Shown here one piece after another: positions 26,815 to 38,400 of a stretch of 64,000 nt of DNA. Made by a program: the position numbers and the translations under genes. The notes beneath the pieces are model-generated. The model was not told where the DNA came from and made no database searches. It saw only the letters and a program-made list of their open reading frames with translations. This stretch comes from a virus (Duplodnaviria; Heunggongvirae; Uroviricota; Caudoviricetes), in IMG/VR virus record IMGVR_UViG_3300029862_000001, positions 53,276 through 117,275 of that record. One strand, 5' to 3'. Each line of letters starts with the position of its first letter. Position 1 is the stretch's first letter.

Positions 26815-27201
26815 ATGGAAAAGAAAGTCACAATCAAAGAAGGGATGGATATTTTTTACAAAAATGCAGGGAAAGATATATGGGTCTATATTGGACTTTT
26901 TGGAAATAAAGTGCTATCCATTTTAAAAAACAAAGGTGTTATTGCATGTGAAAACGATGCTGAATATTGCGTGTTGATGGATGGAGAAGATCATTTTATA
27001 AGTATAGCAAAAGACATGAGTCACGACTATTGTTGTGAATACGTTGTAGAAAGAGCAGAAGCCTACAGAGACTACCCCTCCAAAGGTGCTACATGCAGTG
27101 TATGTCTGTTTGAAGATAATGAGAATAAAGCGAGAGAAATGCTAAAGGAGGCGATAATAGAACTTTCAAAAAACAGTAAAATAGATTGCGATGGGCTTTG
27201 A
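26815..27201 (+). CDS. hypothetical protein (128 aa)
   Basis: ATG with RBS taaggggtcATG. Confidence 0.5.
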   Translation: MEKKVTIKEGMDIFYKNAGKDIWVYIGLFGNKVLSILKNKGVIACENDAEYCVLMDGEDHFISIAKDMSHDYCCEYVVERAEAYRDYPSKGATCSVCLFEDNENKAREMLKEAIIELSKNSKIDCDGL

Positions 27202-28612
27202 ACTTAGACCTTACCAAAAAGAGGCCGTAGATGCCGGGCTTAAGTTTCTTACAGGAAAATCTAAGAAGCCTGGCATAATAGTGGCCCCATGCGGAGCAGG
27301 TAAGAGCCTTCTGATATCCAAGATAGCGCATGAGATAAATAGACCGACGTTAGTATTGCAGCCATCAAAAGAGATTCTGGAACAGAATTATGCGAAAGCC
27401 ATATCATTTGGAGCTAAACCTACCATATACTCTGCCTCATGTGGCGTAAAGGAATTATCGGCTATGACTTATGCTACACTTAAAAGCATAAAGAAAGACG
27501 TAGCAAGGTTGAAAGATATAGGGATAGACGCCTTATTGGTGGACGAATGCCACTCGGGGTATTCCCCTGAGGAAGGTTCTGAATTTATGGAGTTTATGAG
27601 CGAGTTTCCCGAGGCGAAGGCGCTGGGCTTCACCGCCACGCCCTGCCGCCTCCGGACCTACAGCTCCATGCTGGAAGGAAACTACAGCAAACTTAATATG
27701 CTGACGAAAGACGAACATAACTTCTTCAAGAAAATAGTTCATGTAATACAAATACAAGAGCTAACTTCTCAAGGTTTTTGGTGTCCACTTAAGTACGAAC
27801 GATGGTCGTTTGATGAATCGGCTCTGATGTTAAACAGTACCGGAGCCGAATACACCAACGAATCTATCAAAGAAAGCATTGTACGAAACGGCTTAAACAA
27901 CTCTATCTATAAGCGTCTTCTTCAGCTTATGAACGAGCGTAAGGCCATTTTGGTTTGCATGGATTCTATCGAATCATGTAATAGAATATCCGAGTTCATG
28001 AATGCCAGGATGGGAGCCATAACAGGTGTCGTAACATCGCTAACAACCAAAAAGAAAAGAGAGCAAATCATATCCGATTTCAAAGAAGGTAAGTTAAAGG
28101 TCGTGTTTAATTATTCAACGCTTGCTACCGGATTTGATTTTCCTGAACTTGATTGTGTGATGTTTGGACGACCAACGTTCTCATATTCAGTATTTTACCA
28201 AATTGTAGGTCGAGCCGTCCGCATCCATCCTGACAAGAAAGAGGCGCTGATAGTTGATTGCTGCGACAACATGAGGCGTTTCGGCCGGATAGAAGATTTA
28301 ACGATCGAACAATTTCCTTCTAAGGGATGGTGTATGTTTGCCGGCGATCAACTTCTGTCCAATATAAGGATGGGTGATATTATTACCAAAGACGAAATCC
28401 TTCGCCGGGCAGCCTCGCTTAAATCCGTAAATGGAGATGGTAGGAGAGAGGACGATCTTGATAGTATAATAATGTGGTTTGGAAAATATGAAGGAATTAG
28501 ATTCAAGGACATACCGGTGTCGTATTTTAGGTTCTTGGCTGAGAATATGGCAGTAAAACCAGGAGAGAGAAAAGAAAAGGTTATAGAATATTATAATAGG
28601 ATAAAAGCATGA
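27191..28612 (+). CDS. SF2 DEAH-box DNA/RNA helicase
   Basis: Walker A IIVAPCGAGKS, motif II LLVDECH, helicase C-terminal motifs TLATGFDFPELD and VGRAVR. Confidence 0.7.
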   Translation: MGFELRPYQKEAVDAGLKFLTGKSKKPGIIVAPCGAGKSLLISKIAHEINRPTLVLQPSKEILEQNYAKAISFGAKPTIYSASCGVKELSAMTYATLKSIKKDVARLKDIGIDALLVDECHSGYSPEEGSEFMEFMSEFPEAKALGFTATPCRLRTYSSMLEGNYSKLNMLTKDEHNFFKKIVHVIQIQELTSQGFWCPLKYERWSFDESALMLNSTGAEYTNESIKESIVRNGLNNSIYKRLLQLMNERKAILVCMDSIESCNRISEFMNARMGAITGVVTSLTTKKKREQIISDFKEGKLKVVFNYSTLATGFDFPELDCVMFGRPTFSYSVFYQIVGRAVRIHPDKKEALIVDCCDNMRRFGRIEDLTIEQFPSKGWCMFAGDQLLSNIRMGDIITKDEILRRAASLKSVNGDGRREDDLDSIIMWFGKYEGIRFKDIPVSYFRFLAENMAVKPGERKEKVIEYYNRIKA

Positions 28613-28965
28613 ACAACAAGAGAAGAAAAAAAATATCGGATGTTATTAACAACGTAAATAAGTATAAAACAGATTTTGAATACATCAAATCAAAGTTATC
28701 GGAGTTGAAGTGCAACATAAATTCAGCCAAAGATGATGTTGATATGATTTTAGACGAAGAGACTGAGGCGAGAGATAATATACCGGAATCGTTACAAGAC
28801 TCAGAAAGATATTGGGAATCAGATCAGGCTGTAGCTAATATGGAGGAGGTGGTTGATGACATGGAAAGTATTATAAATGATATAGATGATGTGATTTCAA
28901 CCATAGATGGGAGCATTAAAACCATAAATGGTTCTATTAAAGTAAATTTGGAAGGAGTAATATAA
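28609..28965 (+). CDS. hypothetical acidic protein (118 aa)
   Basis: ATGA overlap. Confidence 0.45.
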   Translation: MNNKRRKKISDVINNVNKYKTDFEYIKSKLSELKCNINSAKDDVDMILDEETEARDNIPESLQDSERYWESDQAVANMEEVVDDMESIINDIDDVISTIDGSIKTINGSIKVNLEGVI

Positions 28966-29271
28966 ATGAAAACAAATGAATTAAGGGAAATACTTAAATT
29001 GTATGGTCTTCAACATGATGTTGTTATCAACAAAAGTTCAAGAAGGTATTCTATTATCTTAGATAATAACATAATAGGAACCAATCACGACAAAGAGAGG
29101 GTGGTTGTGTTCCGTCCTATACCGGAAGGGAAAAACACATTCTGCATGGAGCGAGATAGGTTCTACACGGAGTTTGAAGAAGCTTTTGATGATGATAAAG
29201 CCATAGAAGCCGTAAGACAATATTTTGAAAACAATAAAACAGAAAGTCATGAACGAAAACGAAATATTTAG
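28966..29271 (+). CDS. hypothetical protein (101 aa)
   Basis: ATG start. Confidence 0.45.
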   Translation: MKTNELREILKLYGLQHDVVINKSSRRYSIILDNNIIGTNHDKERVVVFRPIPEGKNTFCMERDRFYTEFEEAFDDDKAIEAVRQYFENNKTESHERKRNI

Positions 29272-29602
29272 ATTAAAGGGCAGAATAGCCATATCCAACC
29301 TATCACGTGAGGACAAGGATATGATAAATAGCATCCTTGATGGTATCAATAAAAAGGATGAAGAAGAAAAAGGATATCTCTATACCGTGAGAGTAAAACT
29401 AAACAACGGAAGGGTTGTGCATGCTACTTTATTTTTTAAAGACAAGAAAGGCCCTACATTTGAAGATTTAAAGAAGGAGCTTGATGACATGGGAGTTAAA
29501 AATGATAGTTATAGCAATAACGGCATAATTATCATTAACCGCATTATCATGAGCGGAGAAGAATTTGATCGCTTTGTAGGAGATGATGGACGATATTATT
29601 AG
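29249..29602 (+). CDS. hypothetical protein (117 aa)
   Basis: Track start at 29225 is TTG; ATG at 29249. Confidence 0.4.
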   Translation: MNENEIFRLKGRIAISNLSREDKDMINSILDGINKKDEEEKGYLYTVRVKLNNGRVVHATLFFKDKKGPTFEDLKKELDDMGVKNDSYSNNGIIIINRIIMSGEEFDRFVGDDGRYY

Positions 29603-29638
29603 ACAGTTAATTAAAATAACGATAAAACAAAATAAAAG

Positions 29639-30184
29639 ATGGACGATATTATTATTAAAAAAGGAACCGATGTAGTTCTTAACAGAGATCTTAATGTTCG
29701 TGAAGTAACAGTAGCCAGAAAAGGACTTAAGGTTGCATGTGAAAAGGATATCAAAAAAGGAGATACAGAAGTTACACTGTCATACGAAGGTCGTATGGAG
29801 TTCGATGTACCAGTTGAATATGTATCTAAGAGTGATAATACTCTTTTTGAAAATAAAGAAAGTAAGTCGGCAAAGAATGACATCATTGACGACAAACTAC
29901 GATGGGATTTGCTTCCAATGGAAGAGATTGAGGATATTGTAAGAGTCTATCATGCTGGTGCAAAGAAGTACGGACCCAATAAATGGCAGAACCTTGACAA
30001 CGGGTTTGAACGGTATCGTGCTGCGGCTGCCAGGCACTTAATGGAATACATGAAAGGGGAAAGAATAGACTCAGATACAGGAGCTTTTCATCTTGCACAA
30101 TGTGCATGGAACTGTATAGCTATGCTGTGGTATGATAAGCACGGGAAAGGATTAATACCATTAAATAAGGAGGAAAAGAAATGA
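29639..30184 (+). CDS. dATP/dGTP diphosphohydrolase-like (MazG-type NTP pyrophosphatase) protein
   Basis: Segment LRWDLLPMEEIEDIVRVYHAGAKKYGPNKWQ...ERYRAAAARHLMEY resembles the N-terminal domain of phage dNTP diphosphohydrolases. From memory, not searched. Confidence 0.45.
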   Translation: MDDIIIKKGTDVVLNRDLNVREVTVARKGLKVACEKDIKKGDTEVTLSYEGRMEFDVPVEYVSKSDNTLFENKESKSAKNDIIDDKLRWDLLPMEEIEDIVRVYHAGAKKYGPNKWQNLDNGFERYRAAAARHLMEYMKGERIDSDTGAFHLAQCAWNCIAMLWYDKHGKGLIPLNKEEKK

Positions 30185-30489
30185 CAATAGAACAACTAAA
30201 TTATTTATTAAGAAAAGAGCTTTATGCTATAAAAAAACATAAAGACAATATTGATAGAATCAAAAAAGAATATTTTGATTCCAATTATGGATTAAAAGAA
30301 GGAGATAAGATCCGTATTTTACACGAAGCAGGAGATGAAATGATAGGCTTCTTGAAAAAAGTTGAAGTATGTGAAGACGGAGATCTGTACTTGACAATCC
30401 AAAAACAAAACGAAAAAGGTGACAGAGGCAGAGGGACATGGAATATGTATCTATCATCAAAATCAATTAAAATAGAAAAATTATCATAG
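30181..30489 (+). CDS. hypothetical protein (102 aa)
   Basis: ATGA overlap. Confidence 0.45.
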   Translation: MTIEQLNYLLRKELYAIKKHKDNIDRIKKEYFDSNYGLKEGDKIRILHEAGDEMIGFLKKVEVCEDGDLYLTIQKQNEKGDRGRGTWNMYLSSKSIKIEKLS

Positions 30490-30555
30490 GTGGTTATATA
30501 CAATATTATACTAATCATGTTGTAAAACATAAAGTAAATCTAAAATTTGAATGCG

Positions 30556-31269
30556 ATGATTAATTACGCAGCAAAAGCCAGAAAAGCTTATTTGATAAAC
30601 AATTTCGATAAGATTCTTAACAGCCTCAACACGCTTCATTCAACGGTTGAAAGCATGACGTTGTTCGTAAACGACCAGGCTTATAATTACATTCTTAAGC
30701 TAAAGGAAGTAATTAAAACCAGTCCTATGTATAAGCACAATATCAAGCGTCTTTTAAATGATATGGACAAAGAGATAAAGAGGTACAATGCTTCTATCTA
30801 CTACATAAATAAAGAGCGTAGTGAGGTTATAGCTGATATAACACAAGCGATGGAAGATTGCCTCATGCCATACATAAACGACCTGGCCGGCGCTATAAGG
30901 GCAGCCGTGTGGTCGAAGGGCGTGTCCGAGGAGCGGACGGAAGCGGCGGTACTGTCCCTAATCGTATCCTCCTTGGCCATGACATCAGGCAGACTTATTT
31001 CAGGTGGATATCAGATCATGAAAGAAATGGGTGGTGGCTGGGGTGGTAATCCATTTACGTTTATGAGCATTGATAAAATAAGACACTTATCTACATCATT
31101 ATCTGATGCTATTACCGGTGGAGAAATAGCTCTTGAGGAAAAAGAAGCCAATGACATAACTAAGGCGATGGATGTTTTTATTGAGAAGATGTCCGATTCA
31201 GATATTGTCGATAAAGTAATTAGCATACTCGAAGAGGCAGAATCTAAAAACAAGGAGGAGCGATCGTGA
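30556..31269 (+). CDS. hypothetical protein (237 aa)
   Basis: Track start at 30547 is TTG; ATG at 30556; contains a GC-rich island at 30880-30960. Confidence 0.5.
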   Translation: MINYAAKARKAYLINNFDKILNSLNTLHSTVESMTLFVNDQAYNYILKLKEVIKTSPMYKHNIKRLLNDMDKEIKRYNASIYYINKERSEVIADITQAMEDCLMPYINDLAGAIRAAVWSKGVSEERTEAAVLSLIVSSLAMTSGRLISGGYQIMKEMGGGWGGNPFTFMSIDKIRHLSTSLSDAITGGEIALEEKEANDITKAMDVFIEKMSDSDIVDKVISILEEAESKNKEERS

Positions 31270-31457
31270 ATTATTTGGATGGGTATGTAGAAGAGATTCT
31301 TTCCGAGCCGTACTATGATGATTATGGCTCTGGGATTTTTAGGTGGTGGGTGGAAGTATCTTACGTTTGTTATGGCATAGGAGCTGTCACTACCTTAATG
31401 TTTGATACGAGAGAAGAAGCTGAGGCTGTAAAACCAGGTTACAAATTTTTATGTTGA
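31266..31457 (+). CDS. hypothetical protein (63 aa, GTG start)
   Basis: Strong SD caaggaggagcgatcGTG. Confidence 0.35.
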   Translation: MNYLDGYVEEILSEPYYDDYGSGIFRWWVEVSYVCYGIGAVTTLMFDTREEAEAVKPGYKFLC

Positions 31458-31464
31458 AAATAAT

Positions 31465-31701
31465 ATGAAGTATTTTGTTTTATTGATGGCACTTGTGTTA
31501 TCATCATGTTCGCATGATGATAGTCAGGTTAATAACGGATGGGTTATATATGATCTACTTCCTTTAGAAGATGGATGTATAATGTATTATGGTGAAGACG
31601 AAAGAATTTCAATATTTTATAATAATAGGCTTATAAAATTCGTTGGATACCAAGGGGAATACAATATAGGAGATTCTATTAAAATCGTAAAAGTGAAATA
31701 A
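31465..31701 (+). CDS. putative lipoprotein (78 aa)
   Basis: Signal peptide plus lipobox MKYFVLLMALVLSSC. Confidence 0.5.
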   Translation: MKYFVLLMALVLSSCSHDDSQVNNGWVIYDLLPLEDGCIMYYGEDERISIFYNNRLIKFVGYQGEYNIGDSIKIVKVK

Positions 31702-31702
31702 T

Positions 31703-32191
31703 ATGAAAAATAATTTAAAACTCGTATGTCCAAAATGTGGCACCCCTCACCAGCCTCATTCTCCGCACACGATGGATGCAGATGGATTTGAAAGGAGTGA
31801 GATAAGAACTGTCATGGAAGACATGGGATGGTGCTACGAATGCTCTTTTTGGCAAAACTTGTACGACAAGCACAAAGACGATCCTGGATGGGTTAGGATA
31901 GACGGTGTAAGCTGGGTGCTTAAGCCTATGGTGAAAAACGTACCAAACGGATGGAACTGCCTTGGATGCGGTGGAAGAAAAATGTATATCAATATCGAAG
32001 GGAAAGGCATTGTTGTATCAAATAACTGCTGGTGCCAAGGTGATGTTTCGGATGCATTTAAGGATCTGATGCCTGATAATGCTACTTGGGCTACGAAGGA
32101 GGAATTTGACAAAGCTCCTGTAGTAGGACATATCATAGAAGGTATTGGTTTAGTTTTCACGGATAGGGGAGGTCATGAAGTTAATGCTTAA
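31703..32191 (+). CDS. hypothetical Cys/Trp-rich protein (162 aa)
   Basis: ATG start 2 nt after the previous stop; last gene of the + block. Confidence 0.5.
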   Translation: MKNNLKLVCPKCGTPHQPHSPHTMDADGFERSEIRTVMEDMGWCYECSFWQNLYDKHKDDPGWVRIDGVSWVLKPMVKNVPNGWNCLGCGGRKMYINIEGKGIVVSNNCWCQGDVSDAFKDLMPDNATWATKEEFDKAPVVGHIIEGIGLVFTDRGGHEVNA

Positions 32192-32232
32192 AAACTTAGG
32201 TAATTATATACCTTTTTTTCATAACAAAAGAA

Positions 32233-32266
32233 ACCGGTTCTCTATCATCTCTGACTGAGAACCGGT
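32233..32266. terminator. 10-bp hairpin accggttctc / gagaaccggt between the convergent + and - gene blocks
   Basis: Stem 32233-32242 / 32257-32266 with a 14-nt loop; T7 run at 32212-32218; lies in the 212-bp gap between the last + gene and the first - gene. Confidence 0.45.
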
Positions 32267-32403
32267 AAGAAAACAATTTCAGAAAAAAAATTAACCTACA
32301 TAATCTTTCAAGTAAGAACAAAAAACGTACAATCTACTCTTTAACGATGCTAATATAGCATATTGGAATCATACAAAAACAATGCAAGTCCGATATTCTT
32401 CGT

Positions 32404-35400
32404 CTACTTGTAGCTAACATCATCGTCCCCTTCCGAATCAGGAGTAGCGCCGATGAAGAACATCATTGACTTGTTGTTCGTCTGCTGCCACCAATTATAG
32501 GCGCGCGCTACGTTTTCCGGCGTCTTGATATTATACCATTGTTTGATAAACGTCTGTTTGGCGAGTTGCCTAAATAACTTAGACTCTCCCTTGTATGTAC
32601 CGGATGTTACTTTATCAAGTGAATAATTCCTAAGATCGGTAAGATCCTTCAGTTTTCGCCCCATAACAAACGGATCGTTAATGATATCTACCACGTTAAG
32701 CTCCATAATAAACGGCATCTGTGAAGCTATTTCGTTTATGGTTCTGAATCCGACATAGGATCCAAATTGAGTAAGCCAACTTTCCTCGTTTTCATCATCA
32801 TCACGCCACCCGGCAAGAAGCATAGATACGGCTTGCATAATAAGGAACGTGCCGGCATAGACACTGAGGCGTTTGAGATTAGTTTTCTCTACCTCATTCA
32901 TATTGTCTTTATTTTCGTTCCAGGCATCTATGATGTTTTTCATACCAGACTCGGAAGCCAGGCTAAATGTTTTGACTATCATATTCTTTAACGTAATTGA
33001 CAACCCTTCCTCTTCTTGCATTGTCTGGAAATTGAAGCCACGTCTTTTCCACAGACGTTGAGCCGCCAGCACCAACCATCCTCGGTGGGCGGTCATGAAC
33101 CTGGCTATCCAGTTGCGCGATGCGGCAGTTCGGTTTTCTTCATTCAAAGATCCGTTACATATCTGCGACAAGCTACGGACTTGATTCCTGGTTATAGCCA
33201 TCTGGGTTTCAACTTCCTCAACAGTAACACCCGATCCCGGCTTTACAACCACCTTTCCATCCACGACGTCTACCATACTCCATAAAGTACGATCTTTTAA
33301 TGCGTTCCATTCTCTTTTTATGGTACTCTGTTCTTTATTGCGTTCTTTTTCCATCTTGAAATCTTGGAACGTGTAGAACCGGCCTTTGTAATAACGAACA
33401 TTGTCCATAGTAGCAATCATAACCTGCGGATCAAGAGGGTAGTTCAGGATTTCCATAAAAGCATACATAGGTGAACGCATTAAGGTCCTGGCCACTCTAT
33501 TATATCCGGCACCATACATACGATTTCGGATATTGAATATCCCCATTCTCTCACCTATGACATATAATTTGCTTTTCCTATCTATGTCTCCGGTTTCTGC
33601 TATACAAGATGGAGCAAGGCGTGAAAATTCAGCCGATGCGTATTTAAGGGAATCTTTACTTATATACTGTCCTACGGCAGATTCCATGATGAGGTTGATA
33701 TGACCTGTTAAGGCGCCGGTAGCTGCCACAAACGGGGACAGTGCCAAGTTCATGACCGACATAAATCTTTCAACAGCTATCATAATTCTTGTAAGGTCTA
33801 CCGTATATCCTCCGATGTTCACCGTAAGTTTTTTGGTGTTCATCCTAATGCCATAATAATGATCGTTGAAGAAGTCCCTGAACATCTGATATGCTTGGGT
33901 TGCTTCAGCCTTTTTACCGCCTTCAAATTGTTTGTTCAGCAACATCTGCTCCAGTCCTTGAGCGAGCTCTATAGACTTCTGCTTTTCGTTGTATAACGAT
34001 GACTGCATCATAAGCATCGAATAAGAGTAGCCAAAATCGTGAGATACATCATCTTGGTTCTCCAATTCATATATGTAGTATTTAGGTATAGACCTAAGTC
34101 TGTCTTCCGGATCATATACTTCCCCTTGTCTGGTTTTACCGTATAAAGAATCGTCTACTCTGTCCAGGCACAGATCTGATACAAAATTACGAACCGTATT
34201 TTTGAAGTTAATACCCAATCCTTCTATACGTTCTATATCTTGTTTTGATATCTGTGGAATAGCATATAGATTCGGGCTCTGCTCTTTGTATAGATCAAGT
34301 GATTGTCTTTTTATTTCCTTGAGTTTTTGAATCATATTCCACTGCTCTACGTTTTTAGTAGCGACCTCATTACCATCAGCATCATACTTAATGCCGAAGT
34401 CGTTGAAATACGATTCATCACGATACAGGCTCTTCTTGGGCATACGATGACCATACCCATGATCTTTTACATAATCAGGGTTACGACCGCTATTTTCGGC
34501 CTCAGATTCAGCCACCCACGCTCTTGCAGGGTCGAAAGACAGGTATGATATGTCCATACCATAATCTTGTGTGGAAGTCCCATTCTGTACGTCCTTAACC
34601 ATCTGCGCCACATCTATCTCACCTCGACCTATTTTGTCGATCATAGCCGCATATCCGGTAGGCGCCATGCGTTTATAGTACGAAAAGACTTGGCTCCTGG
34701 CAAATTCATTAACGATATCGTTCACTTCAGCTACTCCGTTATCGTGTCCAAATATGTCAGACATCTTAGCTCTAACCGCATTCCTAAAATCTCTACGATC
34801 TAGCTTTTTATCTATTCCCAATTTTTCTGACAAGTAGTTGGTTTCAGAGACGGTAAACATATACCTGTTATCTTGAGCCATGAATAACTTATCTCTAAGA
34901 GCCTGAATCTTTTTGGCTTTTTTGGCAGTAGTATGACGCTGTGCAAACTGCCATTCAATTTCCTTAGAGTCAGCAAGAGCATTTAAATAAGACTGATTGA
35001 CTTCGTTTTCAGCTTTACTGCTTTTAGTAAGGTACTTATCAATATCTTCAAGACCCACCATCTTAGCATAATCTATTAAGATAGCGTAATCGACTTCAAT
35101 AGCTTCAGATGCAGCCCTAAAAGCATCTCTTTCAGATGAGGTAAATGTCGCTTCGTTAATCTCTCCGATATCAGCCACATCTCGGTTGTTTCCGATTATT
35201 TCCTTGATAATGGCCTTATTTTTTTCTATATCTTTTACAATAGAATCCACGTCAGTCTCATATCTATCACTTGTCGTAGAACTAATGATATCATGCGCCA
35301 TTTTGATATACGAAGCCTTGTTATTTGATTCGGTACGCGCCGACTGTTCCGATTCTACGTCATTCCAAAACCGATCATTAAATGACAGGTGACCTCCCAA

Positions 35401-38400
35401 CATAAGTGTCTTCAACGCAGCTTCTCCTCCTGACTCGTTCTGAATCGTTCTTAATTTTTGCAAAAACGATTCTGATACGGCATTAGTGGCATTATTTGAT
35501 TCTTTTCTCCAAACTTCATTTATGGCTTGTATTTCTTTGGCCATCTTAAGTTGGTCGCCAGTTTTTTCCACTCTCCTGGTTCCTACATATATGTATTCTG
35601 AAGCTGCTTCCTTACGTTGTTTACGAAGCAGTCCTTCTTCTTCGTAATTGCTGCTTTTAAAATAGGCAACCTCATCAAAATTACCACCGCTATCAATAAA
35701 AGGCTGCCTCAATATCCGTTTTTGCCTGGATAGGGCATTAAGGTATTCTTTGGTTGTTTGAGAAACCGGATGCCCTAATTCTTCTTCAGCCTTTTTGTAT
35801 ATGGATTCCATTCTTGTGGCATAACTTTCGCTAAATTCCAGTTCCGAATTTTCAGCATCCCACTTTTCCATCTGCTCTGTATAGATCTTTTCCTGTTCGA
35901 TGGTAAAAATATCGGTATTAACTCTATCAGACGATGGTTTGAATTTAGCGTTTTCAGTAACCGTATTTCCATCCTTGTCAACTACTTCTCTTTTAAATAC
36001 GTAATTACGGTTATTGTCAACCACATCACCAATTTCTTCTTCTGATATCTCTATGTTCATGGCAGTCGCAAACGCTCGCATCTGTGCCAGCTTCTTATTA
36101 CGATCGTATTTAGCCATATCAAGAGCACTGCGAAGGTAATTAGAAGTTTTGCCATCTACTTTCTGAAGCAGTTTTTCAAATTCAGATTTGTTAAAACCAT
36201 GCTTTTTAGCATATGCCAGGAAGTCGGATATGGCGGGCTGGGCATTCACCATCGCATTGTAATTGTCTTTTGCAATCATAGCTCCAAGAGCGTTATTGAA
36301 CGGACTGGAAGAATGCTCTAATATACCGAACCACCTACTTATCCAAGAAACATCGTGTTGAACCTTGTCAAAAAATTCTTTTACTCCCTTTACCTTATCT
36401 GCCGGCACATGAAGTTCGTTCATTAACTTATCAAGCAACGTACTTTCATCAAGGTCTTGTACTGATTTAATATCAGACTGAATACCATTGATGTCGGCGA
36501 TGACGGTATTGATCCTATTTGTATAATCCTGCTTTTCACGTTCATCAAATTCGGTACTTCTGTTACGGATATATCCTCGAAGATCGTTCATGATCGGAAG
36601 AATCTGATTGTTGATAATATCTACGTTCTTTCGATCATTGGTATTGAAGTGAAGCTTACCGCCTTTGGTATCACCATGAAGGATGGTGTTTACCACATTA
36701 CTTAAGTATCTGACCTGAGCTTCGGCTGTGGAGATCATGCTGTTCATGGCAGCCGCCATCTCATTCTTGTCTATTTTGGTCTCTACCTTATTTATCTTAT
36801 CTTCTATGGTCTTAAGCTGAGCAAGGGTCATAGACGTAGTTACAGCCCTATCAGAACTTATCTGACGTAAGTCTCTTAATGTTTTTCTTAGCGATCTGAT
36901 CTTAGACTCAAGAAACTTGTTCTTGTTCATAGAAGAAAGGGAGTATAATGTAAAGTCATTATCCTTTAACAGAGAAGTGTCAAATCCTTTATCTATGTCA
37001 GTAATGGCAAGATCACGAATGTTTTTAATAACGTTATTCAAATCTTGTCTTTGGGTTGATAAAGCTGATTTAAGCCAGCTTACTATTCCAGAGAAAAGCC
37101 GCCGGACGCGCCCCAGGAAGGAGGTGGGCTCTACCGGAGCCTGTGCTGTGCCGGTCTGCATCTCCCTGGCGAGGATCTTTCCAAGAATTTCTCTCCTAAC
37201 AGCATTATCAAGCTCAGCTCCTTCATATACCTTACCGTATGTATTATAATACTGACCTGCATACTGGTTCCACTCTTCCGTACCTTCCACATCTTGCAGA
37301 ACAGCCTCAACAGCATTCTGATCTCTGTATGCCTCTACAAGGAAGTGGGCTGTTTCTTCTACTAAATCAGATAAAGTAGCATCTTCACCAACTGCTATTA
37401 CGTTATTAGCAATATCCGCCAATGCCTTAGCAGAAGGTTCGTGCCCGTATTTGGTTTGGTACTTCTCTATATAGTCGGTCATACCTATGACACTAACGCC
37501 AAGCGTTTTCAGTATCTCGACAATAGAATTTCGTTGGTCACGTTCCTGCCTGCTATAATCTGATACGATCTTAGCTTTAGTATCAGCATAAAGATCGTTA
37601 TCTTCTAATATGAATGAAACTACAAGCGCATCAAAATGATCGTACTTGGCGTCCAATTCATTGTATCTTCCTGACTTAAGATCGTTCTTTATCTGTTCCC
37701 TACTAACCCTTTCCGTTCCTCCGGTGGCGAGTCTCATAGTTACCTTACTGTTATCCAACGAGCTTATGGTTATCATACCCTGGTCGTTCATGGAAACATC
37801 GGAACCAAAATGATTACGGAGCTCGGTGTATGATAAGGCTGAATTGAAAAGTCTAATTTGTCCTGTATGACCTTCTCCTGTAAGATAATAGCTTCTTGTT
37901 TCAGGATCGAATATCTTAGATCCTGACAAAAGACCTTTCTTTATAAGGTAGTTAATTATCCCGCCTTTTGTTGATAAAGAAGTAGAAGCAGAAGCGGTCA
38001 TGACCGGTATAAAAGACTTGGGATTATTAAGAACATACTTTCCAGCTTTGTAAGTAATGTCTGCCACGCCATCCACGGTAGATTCTTGAACGGTTCCTGA
38101 TAAGAATCCTATTCTAATATCATTCCCGCCAGAGCGAAGAGCTTCTCCGTAATCTTCAAATAATTGACTACGATCGTTCATGAAAAACAAACGAGGCTCT
38201 CCAGTCTGATACGTTACACCCACAGGATTAGAATCTGTTTCTGGTAGCTCTTCTGGGCTAAATATCTTAAGACCGTCTTTTATAACCATATAATTAACAC
38301 CCTTATCCTGTACCACAGATACGGGAGTGAAGTCCGAAGATATAGCATCTTGTAAATACTGCCCGGCGTCTATTCCTGGTTCTTCCGGTACGGAAATACT

